Below are positions 9,568 to 17,852 of a stretch of DNA of 64,000 nt, one piece after another. The DNA comes from Myxococcota bacterium. GTDB taxonomy: Bacteria; Myxococcota_A; Polyangia; Nannocystales; Nannocystaceae. The notes under the pieces were generated by a model that saw nothing but the letters and a program-made list of their open reading frames with translations, did not search any database and was not told the origin of the DNA. The position numbers were made by a program, and so were the translations under genes. Positions within the stretch are counted from its first letter, which is position 1. Each line of letters starts with the position of its first letter. Where the stretch lies: positions 32,001 through 96,000 of the forward strand of contig JBCCWC010000002.1 in NCBI GenBank assembly GCA_039194325.1. The letters are read 5' to 3'.

Positions 9568-9685
9568 CGACGGTCCTCGCTCGTTCGCCCGCGTTCGCGG
9601 GTTGTTCGATAGAGTCCAGCCGTCCACGCTCGAGCGCGAGTGCGACGAGCCGGGGTCCGAGGCCATCGACCGCCAGCTCCACCAC

Positions 9686-10871
9686 CTATCGCATCCGGGC
9701 ATCCATGATGCACTCCGACTGCTCTTGCCGTCCCCTCGTCGCTTCGAATGCGTCGTGGTGCGCGCGCTGCCACGCCTCTGCGTAGCGATCAAGCCGCTCG
9801 CGCCGTGACGCCCAGCCCGAGCACGGTCACCATAGTGCGCAGTGGACACCGGCAACGTCGCGGCCGGGCAAGCTCCTGCTCGAGCTGAGCGATAAGAGCG
9901 CTCATCGACGGCCAGCGGTCATCGGCGCGCTGCTCCAGGCCCCGCTCGAGTGCGGCGAGGACCTCGGCGGGGACCTCCGCGCGGCGAGCCTGTGGTGCGC
10001 GCAGCCCCGCGGCCATGCTGCGGGTGAGCTCGGCGACGGTGCTGCCCTCGAACGGTGGCTGACCGAGCAGCGCGGTATAGAGCGCCACACAGAACCCGAA
10101 TTGATCACTCCGAGTATCACCGCGGCTTCCAGCGAGCTGCTCGGGCGCCATGTAGGCCGGAGTCCCTGCAATGGTGGACTGAGTGGTGGACTGAGTGATG
10201 GAGGGTAGAGCGTCGGTGGACTCCATCCCTCGTGCCGCTTGGAACTCGTCGGTGTCGCCGAGCACGCGTACGAGGCCGAAATCCGACACCTTGACCGCCC
10301 CCTCGTCGGAGAGCAGCACGTTGTCGGGCTTGAAGTCGCAGTGGGCCAGGCCGGCCTCGTGCGCCGCGACCAGGCCGGCCCCCGCCCGGCAAAATACCCG
10401 CACGATCTCCGACCAGTGCCGCTGTGGCCCGGTGAGCCACCCCGAGAGCGTCGTCCCCTCGACGTACTCCATCGCCAGGTACAGCCGGCCTTCGTGAGTG
10501 CCCAGTTCGTGGACGCGGACGACGTTGTCGTGATCGAGCCGCGCCATCGCCCTCGCTTCGCGCCGCATCCGACGCTCGTCGGCGTCGTCGGCGTGCCGAA
10601 GGCGAGGGTGCAGCATCTTGAGGGCGATCTTCCTATCCAGGTCGGGGTCTCGCACCAGGTAGACCACGCCCATCCCCCCCGCCCCGAGCCGGCGGATGAA
10701 CTCGTAGCGACCGATCCGGGTCGCCTCGGGTTCGTCCGCGTCCTCCCCTGCCATGCGGGCCAGCACCCGGCGATAGACCGCGCCTCGCTCGACCGAGGGC
10801 AGGCCCAGGTAGTCTCCCAGCTTCGTGGTCGGAGGTAGCTCCGCTGGCTGCTTGAGCTTGGTTGGTTCCAT
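9686..10871 (-). pseudogene. Truncated Ser/Thr kinase: kinase domain intact (ORF 10871-9789), extracellular part deleted and frameshifted
   Basis: GAGGMG, HCDFKPDN, DFG. An out-of-frame remnant RLDRYAEAWQRAHHDAFEATRGRQEQSECIMDARMR* matches the post-TM domain of the paralogous kinases. Confidence 0.75.
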
Positions 10872-11179
10872 CGTACGGGTTCCCTGAACGCACGGTCCTT
10901 GACCGGGCGTGACACTGAGCGACGAACATTTCACCGCGCGACCTCGGCCCGCTCGCGTCGTCTCCGCCCGTGACCTCCTCGCGGTGGCACGCGCGGCGTC
11001 GATCTACGCGCGGTTGGCAAGGCCGGACATCGTTCACTCGTCCGCTGATGAGGGTCAGGAGCTCCTGGGCCCGTCTACCGCGTCGCCTGGTTCAAAGTAT
11101 GAACGGAACGGAGCATCACGGCCGGGTTATCACTGTCGGCCACGACGTCGAATTGCGCCGACGTGGTGTCGGCGGCGCC

Positions 11180-12163
11180 CTACGCGGTGTCCGGCGGCGC
11201 CTGAAACTGGATGGCGACGCGGATCAGCCCGGGCATGTCCTCGACGTCCAGCTTCTCCATGATCCGGAGTCGGTACGTGCTCACCGTCGAGGTGGAGATG
11301 CCCAGGGTGTAGGCGATCTCCTTGTTGGCCTTGCCCTGGGTGAGGAGCCCAAAGACCTCGTACTCCCGGGCTGAGAGCTGCAAGATCGGGTTCTCGGCGA
11401 TCGTGGGGGGAGAGTCTCGGAGGCTCTCGCCGACGTCTTCGCTCTGCGTGAGCGCCGGGGTCAGCAGCTCGATCGCCCGTGCAATGCCGTCGATGGGTTG
11501 GGTCTGCTTGGTGCGATCCAGTTGCTCCAAGGCCAGCCGGATCCGCTCGATGACGTCGACCCGCAGGCGCTGGGCGAGACCGGCGTCTCGGTCCTCGCGG
11601 TGGGACAGCCAGCGACGGGTCTGCTCGTAGAGCTGCTCGCTCTGAACCCGGACAAGGGCACTGAGCGCCTCGCGCTCCTCCGCCACCGCGCGACGCTCGG
11701 CCAGCTCTTGGCGCAGCTGCTCGGTTGCCTCCGCCACCCTGGTCCGCAGCTCCTCCGCGTGGCGCGCGATCTGCCGCCTCTGGCTGACGATCTCCAGATG
11801 GGTGCGCACCCGCGCGACGAGCTCGGGCGCCTCGAACGGCTTGGTGATGTAGTCGACCCCGCCCAGCTCGAAGGCCCGCAGCTTGTCGTCGACCTGCGAG
11901 CGCGCGGTCATGTAGATGACCGGGATGTCCGCGGTCGCCGGGTCTGCCTTCAGGCGGCGGCAGGTCTCGTAGCCGTCGATGCCCGGCATCTGAATATCGA
12001 GCAGGATCAGGTCGGGCGTGGCCCGCCGTGCGCGGCGCAGTCCGCTCTCGCCGTCCCGCGCGGTCAGGACCACGAAGGTGTACTCCGACAGGTGCATGGA
12101 CGCGACTTTCAGGTTTGCCGCGTTGTCGTCGATGATCAAGATTCGGGGCCGGCTATCGTCCAT
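11180..12163 (-). CDS. Response regulator (REC + coiled coil + LuxR HTH)
   Basis: ILIIDD, LILLDIQMPGIDG, DYITKPF; C-terminal LSAREYEVF...NKEIAYTLGISTSTVSTYRLRIMEKL. Confidence 0.93.
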   Translation of the reverse strand: MDDSRPRILIIDDNAANLKVASMHLSEYTFVVLTARDGESGLRRARRATPDLILLDIQMPGIDGYETCRRLKADPATADIPVIYMTARSQVDDKLRAFELGGVDYITKPFEAPELVARVRTHLEIVSQRRQIARHAEELRTRVAEATEQLRQELAERRAVAEEREALSALVRVQSEQLYEQTRRWLSHREDRDAGLAQRLRVDVIERIRLALEQLDRTKQTQPIDGIARAIELLTPALTQSEDVGESLRDSPPTIAENPILQLSAREYEVFGLLTQGKANKEIAYTLGISTSTVSTYRLRIMEKLDVEDMPGLIRVAIQFQAPPDTA

Positions 12164-13785
12164 CACGTACACCTGTCGAGCAGGTCCAGGATCATCTCGT
12201 CCTCGAAGTCTTCGGCGAGGCTGCAGACGCGCGCGGCGAACGGGGCGAGCTGTGGGGCCCGCGAGGCCAGCGCCCGTGCGTGGCGGGCGACCTCCTGCAT
12301 GTCTCCCAGCAGCGCGCTCTCGCGCAGCGCGGTGGCATCCGCGGCGCTTGGGTACTTCGTCAGCTCCGTTGTTCCCGCAGGGGAGCGCCCGCCCGAGGGC
12401 AGGCAGACCTCGACCCGCGTCCCCTCCCCCAAGGTGCTCTTGAGCGCGACGGTGCCGCCCATCGCTTCCACGATCTGGCGGGTGATCGCCAACCCCAGCC
12501 CGGAGCCCTGCTGGTCGCTGCTTGCGACCCGCTCGAAGCGCTCGAAGATCGTGTCCAGCCGGTCGGCAGGGATGCCGACGCCCGTGTCCTCGACGAGGAT
12601 CTGCAGCGGCCCGGGCGGTGGGGCACGCAGGTGCACCCGCACCGAGCCGTGCTCGGTGAACTTGATCGCGTTGCCGACTAGGTTGGTCAGCACCTGCCGG
12701 AGCCGCTTTTGGTCCGAGATGATCTGGCTCGGTACGTCGGGATCGACCGAGGCGCTCAGGATGAGCCCTTTGTCGGTGGCCTGAGGCCCCAGCAGAGTCT
12801 GCGCGGCCTGGACGACCGCCCGCGGGTCGACCGGCCCCATCGACAGGTTCATCTTTCCGGACTCGATGGCCGCGGTGTCGAGGGCCTCCGAGACGAGCTC
12901 GAGCAAGTGGCGGCTGCTGGAGAGGATGGTCCGGACGCCCTCGCGGCTTTGGTCCGACAGCTCCGGTGCCGCCTGGAGGTGCTGGGCGTAGCCGAGGATC
13001 GCGTTCATCGGCGTGCGCAGCTCATGGCTCATGGTGGCGACGAACTCGCTCTTTGCGGCGCTATTGGCCTGGAGCAGGGCCTCCCGAGCCTCACGACGGA
13101 TGTTGTCCCGCTCGGCGGACTCGCGTCGGCGCTCCTGCTCGATCAGTCGGGCGGTCACCTCGCGCATCATGACCCCGAACAAGGCGACGAGCCCGCCCAA
13201 GCCGCACAGCATGATGCCCTGCCGCAGCGTCTCACCCCAGCTGGTGATCGCGACGGTGACCGCTTGCGGTCCTGTGAGCTCCGTCAGCCAGGGACGCGCG
13301 AGCGGGAACAGGCCCACGTGCTGCACCGCGCACCACCCCCCGATCCCCAAGCTCAGCCGCGGGTTCAGCATCAGCGCGGTCAGTGAGATCATCGCCATCG
13401 AGTACATACCCAAGGAGCCGTTGTAGGTCGCAGCGAGCTCCGTTGGATCGAAGACCAGGTTGAGTAGCCCGATCATGCCTTGTGCCGAGGCAAACCAGAG
13501 CAGGAACAGGTTGATGCACCCAGGCTTGAGCACCCGCGCCCGGGTGGCCAGCCAAAACGCCAGGATGCTGGGCAACGTGACCACCAGGACGAAGCGCAAC
13601 GCCACTGGGGGGAGCTGCCAGGTGGGTTCGTCGAAGATGAAGGCGAGCACCTGCGCGCCCACCAGGCCGAGCCCCATCGCCCCGAGTGTGAGCAGCGCGC
13701 CGGTCGATAGGGTTCGGTTGGCGAAGACCAGCACGGCGTTCTCGAGGTCGCCGTGGTTGGATGAAGGCGGCGGGGCGTTCTTCAT
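12163..13785 (-). CDS. Membrane sensor histidine kinase
   Basis: Multiple TM segments, H-box MSHELRTPMNAILG, NLVGNAIKFT, DTGVGI, GSGLGL. Confidence 0.93.
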   Translation of the reverse strand: MKNAPPPSSNHGDLENAVLVFANRTLSTGALLTLGAMGLGLVGAQVLAFIFDEPTWQLPPVALRFVLVVTLPSILAFWLATRARVLKPGCINLFLLWFASAQGMIGLLNLVFDPTELAATYNGSLGMYSMAMISLTALMLNPRLSLGIGGWCAVQHVGLFPLARPWLTELTGPQAVTVAITSWGETLRQGIMLCGLGGLVALFGVMMREVTARLIEQERRRESAERDNIRREAREALLQANSAAKSEFVATMSHELRTPMNAILGYAQHLQAAPELSDQSREGVRTILSSSRHLLELVSEALDTAAIESGKMNLSMGPVDPRAVVQAAQTLLGPQATDKGLILSASVDPDVPSQIISDQKRLRQVLTNLVGNAIKFTEHGSVRVHLRAPPPGPLQILVEDTGVGIPADRLDTIFERFERVASSDQQGSGLGLAITRQIVEAMGGTVALKSTLGEGTRVEVCLPSGGRSPAGTTELTKYPSAADATALRESALLGDMQEVARHARALASRAPQLAPFAARVCSLAEDFEDEMILDLLDRCT

Positions 13786-13931
13786 CGGCCTAAAGTGTAC
13801 GGCAAGCCGGGGCACGAGCCGAAGGCAGTGCCGAGGTCTTGCTCCAGCACCTCGCACACCACACGCCGGCGCCCTGAGCCGCGGGGAGCAGGAGCGATGG
13901 TCAACCCGCGGCGCACTGGTAAGCTCGGCCG

Positions 13932-15113
13932 GTGCGCTCTTTGACGACCGTGTGCTCCCTGGCCCTGTTCGCCGCTGCGGGCTGTGCCGACGACGACTTC
14001 GCCACGCCCTTGCCGTCTCCATTTCCAGAGGCGTCGATCTCCCTGGAGTACGAGGTATTGACCGAAGGGCTCGCGATCCCGTTCGACGTTGCGGTGCTGT
14101 CCGATGACGAGTTCTTCGTGACCGATCGCGTGGGCAAGCTGTTTCGCTACTCCGGTGGATCGCTCGTCGAGATCACGGGCATGCCGGTCGTCACGACCTT
14201 TGGGGATCCGGGGATCCCCGCGATCATGCACGGCGGGCTCATGGACATCGAGCTTCACCCCGGCTACCCCGACGTCCCGTGGCTCTACATCTCGTTCTTT
14301 TCCGAGGGATTCCTGCGGGTCGAGCGATTCCAGGTCCAGGGCAACACCGCGACCGATTTCGAGCCGATCTTCACCAGCCGCACCGAGGGCTACTACGGCA
14401 ACGGCGCGCGGATCGTCTGGCACGACGACCAGCACTTCTTCCTCAACATCGGCGGGTCGACACTCAGCACGGTCTCCGATCCGGACCTCATCTCCCAGGA
14501 CCTTGACGAGGACTGGGGCAAGATCCACCGCCTGCGCGACGACGGCTCGATCCCCGACACGAACCCGATCCTCCCGGAGCTCGAAGAGCCCACGAGCATC
14601 TGGAGCTACGGCCACCGCGACGCGCAGGGGCTCTACTTCGACGCAGAAGAGGATGTGCTCTTTGCCGTCGAGCACGGTCCCAAGGGAGGTGACGAGTTCA
14701 ACGTGATCGAGCCGGGCGGGAACTACGGCTGGCCGCTGTTCACCTACGGCATCGACTATAGCGGCATGTCGGTCTCGACGATCACCGAGGCAGAAGCGAG
14801 CGAGACGACGGTCCTACCCGAGCACCACTGGACCATCCCGACCGACGACGGGGGCCAGGCCATCGCCCCGGCCTTCCTGCTCGGCGTGCGCCAGAGCAAC
14901 TTCGGCGCGTGGAACGGCAAATTCCTGCTCAGCTCGCTGTTCTATCGCTGGCTGCTGCTCTACGATCGTCAGACCGACACGACCGAGGCACTCCCCCTCA
15001 CGGGGCGCATTCGAAGCGCGGCCCAGCTGCCTGGTGGCAACATCCTGATCTTGCGAGAGCGCACGAGAGCCGATTCCACCGACGGCCAGCTCATCCGGCT
15101 GTCGCCGCTTTGA
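13932..15113 (+). CDS. PQQ-dependent glucose/sorbosone dehydrogenase family lipoprotein
   Basis: Lipobox AAAGC; GGLMDIELHP, GKIHRL..DGSIP..NP, SYGHRD.QG, EHGPKGGDE.N, NYGWP. Confidence 0.9.
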   Translation: MRSLTTVCSLALFAAAGCADDDFATPLPSPFPEASISLEYEVLTEGLAIPFDVAVLSDDEFFVTDRVGKLFRYSGGSLVEITGMPVVTTFGDPGIPAIMHGGLMDIELHPGYPDVPWLYISFFSEGFLRVERFQVQGNTATDFEPIFTSRTEGYYGNGARIVWHDDQHFFLNIGGSTLSTVSDPDLISQDLDEDWGKIHRLRDDGSIPDTNPILPELEEPTSIWSYGHRDAQGLYFDAEEDVLFAVEHGPKGGDEFNVIEPGGNYGWPLFTYGIDYSGMSVSTITEAEASETTVLPEHHWTIPTDDGGQAIAPAFLLGVRQSNFGAWNGKFLLSSLFYRWLLLYDRQTDTTEALPLTGRIRSAAQLPGGNILILRERTRADSTDGQLIRLSPL

Positions 15114-15199
15114 TTCCGGTTGGATCTCAGCTCGCGCGGCTCTACCGTCTTTGCGCCTCTGCGCCCGCCGGCTCGGTGGTGCTGCTACGCTCCCCGCCG

Positions 15200-16696
15200 A
15201 TGTCACGCCTTCTTGGCGACGGGCCTCGCCCCGCGGAGGTCTCCGAGGTCGACGACGCGAACCACGACGAACCCGCGGTCTGTGGCGATCCAACCGGACG
15301 TGAAGACGGCCGTGACGCCGACCGCAACGCGCCTCTGCGAGCTTCCCCGTGGCCTGTCGAGCCCCGCTTCTTGCTCGTGCTCGTCGTGTTGGCCCTGCTC
15401 ACCCGCCTCGTCTGGGTCCTGTGGCTCCATCCTCCGGGCGACTACATCTTCAGCGACATGAAGAAGTACGTGGATCGAGCCCAGGATCTGGCGCTCCACG
15501 GGATCCACCCCCAGCGCACGCTGGCCTGGCAAGCCTGGGGCACCCACTACCTGCTGGCGATCCCGCTGCGGCTGTTTGGTCCGCAGGCCTTCCGCGCGGG
15601 CGCGGTGCTGTGGGGCCTGATGGCCGCCGCGGCCGTCCCGGCGGGCTATCTGCTGGCCTGCCGCGTGAGCACCCGGGCCTGGATGCCGCGGGTGGTCGGG
15701 ATCGCCCTTTTGCTGTGGCATCCCAGCCTCTCCAACAGCGGCTACTTTCTGTCCGAAGCTCCGTTCCTGTGCTTTCAGCTGTGGTCCACCCTTGGGCTCG
15801 TGGTCGTGCTCCAGCAGGGGCGCCACGCGCTATGGGCGGGGTTGGCCTCGGCGGTCGCGTTTGCCGTGCGTCCCCAGTCCGCGCTGCTGTTCGTGCTGGT
15901 GCTGCTGACGTGGCTGGTCAATCGCCGGCGGCTCCCCCACGTGCGGGCGCGGCACCTGGTGCTGATCGCCGGACCGCTGCTGGCCATGCTCGCGTTCACT
16001 TCGTGGCGCTTTCACCTGCACACCGGTCGATGGCTCGGCGTGGCCGAGAACGCCAACATGAACCTCACCGCGGGGCGCTGTCACAACATCGTGACCCAGG
16101 CGTTTCGCTCCGAGAGCCACAAGCGTCGCAGCGAGCGAACCAACAACACCCGCAACGGTCGTCGCGTCAGCCTACCGGGGTTTCGGGTGCTGGCCCGCTC
16201 GGTGCCCCCCACGCACCCGCTGGCGCTGCGCCCCGCGATGCGCAGCGAGACGATCCGACTGGTGGGTTACATCGGGGATCCGCAGATCCACCGTGAGCTC
16301 CGGGCCGAATGCTACCGTCGCACCGGTTTTTTTGAACAGGCCCGCTACAGCCTCGTCAACGTGTCCCTGTTGTGGTTCATCGGTAACCAGTGGCCTGAGC
16401 AGAGCCGCAACAACCGCTTCTTGCGACCGCCGGTCGCCGTCTACAAGCACCTTGTTCAGGCGCTCGTCTGGTTTCCCTCCTTGGTGGGTCTGGGGGCGGG
16501 GCTTTGGTGGATCCGGCGGCGGCCCGGGCTGACCTTCTGCGCCTGGCAGCAGGTGACCTCCATGGCCGTGGCCATGGTTTTCTTTGGCACGATCCGTCTA
16601 CGCACGCCCTACGATCCCTACGCGATCATTTTGGCGCTCGAAGGCTGGGTGCTCATCGCGGCCGTCCTCGCGCGTTGGCGTCGGCGCGCGGGCTAG
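15200..16696 (+). CDS. Multi-TM glycosyltransferase (GT-C/ArnT-PMT-like)
   Basis: Early loop SDMKKY, LSE motif, many TM segments, C-terminal RLRTPYDP. Confidence 0.65.
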   Translation: MSRLLGDGPRPAEVSEVDDANHDEPAVCGDPTGREDGRDADRNAPLRASPWPVEPRFLLVLVVLALLTRLVWVLWLHPPGDYIFSDMKKYVDRAQDLALHGIHPQRTLAWQAWGTHYLLAIPLRLFGPQAFRAGAVLWGLMAAAAVPAGYLLACRVSTRAWMPRVVGIALLLWHPSLSNSGYFLSEAPFLCFQLWSTLGLVVVLQQGRHALWAGLASAVAFAVRPQSALLFVLVLLTWLVNRRRLPHVRARHLVLIAGPLLAMLAFTSWRFHLHTGRWLGVAENANMNLTAGRCHNIVTQAFRSESHKRRSERTNNTRNGRRVSLPGFRVLARSVPPTHPLALRPAMRSETIRLVGYIGDPQIHRELRAECYRRTGFFEQARYSLVNVSLLWFIGNQWPEQSRNNRFLRPPVAVYKHLVQALVWFPSLVGLGAGLWWIRRRPGLTFCAWQQVTSMAVAMVFFGTIRLRTPYDPYAIILALEGWVLIAAVLARWRRRAG

Positions 16697-16851
16697 CAGC
16701 CAGTTGGCGAAGCCCTCGTGGGGCCGTCACACCGCCCCGGGGCACTCGTGCCCGAGGGTCGAGGTCGCGCTTGCGCTTCGCCCGCTGGCCGAGCTCGAGG
16801 GTGGATCTGGCGGGCCGAGCTTGCTCGCGGATCCTCTTTTTGCCGAGCTAT

Positions 16852-16899
16852 TGACCGATCGGGTGACCGATCGGGTGACCGATCGGGTGACCGATCGGG
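16852..16899. repeat. Intergenic 12-bp tandem repeat x4 (TGACCGATCGGG)
   Basis: Four perfect copies, each containing the palindrome CCGATCGG. Confidence 0.95.
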
Positions 16900-16988
16900 A
16901 GTCGGGTCCGAGGTGGAGGAGTCCCGCACGGGTCAGGTCCTGTCGATAGGGGAACCGCCCCCGTCCCGGCCCGAAAACCGGCCAGTGG

Positions 16989-17852
16989 GTGTGTTGCTCG
17001 CGCAGGGAGGCGTTCGCTAAAGTCGCACCTGTGCAAACAGCGATGATCGCGGGCTTGCTCGGAGTGCTCATCACGTGGTCGCCCCACGCCTCGGCCTCCA
17101 CGCACACGGTGCTGGTCTGCCCCCCGGCCAAGTCAGAAGCGCACCGAGCGTTGCTCAAGTCGGCGGACGAACAGGTCGAAGCCGGTCGGGACGACCAGGC
17201 CGGGCGTACCTTCGTGGCCGCCTTCGATGCGATGGATCTGGCCGATCGAGCCGGAGGCACCGGCCGGTTCGCGGCGGATCGAGCGGTGACCTCGTTCATC
17301 CAGGCATGGAACATCGGCAAGAAGGTGACCATGCTCGAAGAAGCCGAGGCGTTCTTGCTGCGGTACATGGAGGTGCTCGAGAAGGGGCAGTCCGCGGGCT
17401 GCAACATCTCGGACCCATCCTGGGCCGAGGAGAAGCTGGCCGAGGTCCGCGCGCTGATGCCCGCGCCGGTCGAGGAGCCGCCCGATCCCGAACAGCCGCC
17501 GGTCGAAGGGCCCAAGCCCAAGCCCAAGGACTGCCCCGCTGCCCCCGCGATCATCGGAGTGGACCGGGTCGGCGTCGCGCTGGTCACCGTGGGCTCGGCG
17601 CTGTTCGTCAGCGGCACCGCGTTCCTCATCGCGGGCCTGGTGCAGGGTGACCTGTCGACGAACCCGGGCCAGGGCTTTGCGATCGCCGGAGGGTCGATCA
17701 TGGGTGGCGGGGTCGCCTTGGTCATTCCCGGCGCGGTTCGGCTCGCCACCTGGAGGCGGCAGCAAGGCAAAGCCCGCCTGGGGTTGGCGCCCTTCGCGGG
17801 GCGTGGTCTCGCGGGTGTGTCGCTCGGTGGGCGCTTTGGGGCAGGGCGATGA
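16989..17852 (+). CDS. Hypothetical exported protein (helical N-domain, Pro linker, C-terminal hydrophobic segments); start uncertain
   Basis: Signal-like N-terminus, PKPK linker, two hydrophobic stretches; ATGA overlap with the next gene. Confidence 0.7.
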   Translation: MCCSRREAFAKVAPVQTAMIAGLLGVLITWSPHASASTHTVLVCPPAKSEAHRALLKSADEQVEAGRDDQAGRTFVAAFDAMDLADRAGGTGRFAADRAVTSFIQAWNIGKKVTMLEEAEAFLLRYMEVLEKGQSAGCNISDPSWAEEKLAEVRALMPAPVEEPPDPEQPPVEGPKPKPKDCPAAPAIIGVDRVGVALVTVGSALFVSGTAFLIAGLVQGDLSTNPGQGFAIAGGSIMGGGVALVIPGAVRLATWRRQQGKARLGLAPFAGRGLAGVSLGGRFGAGR

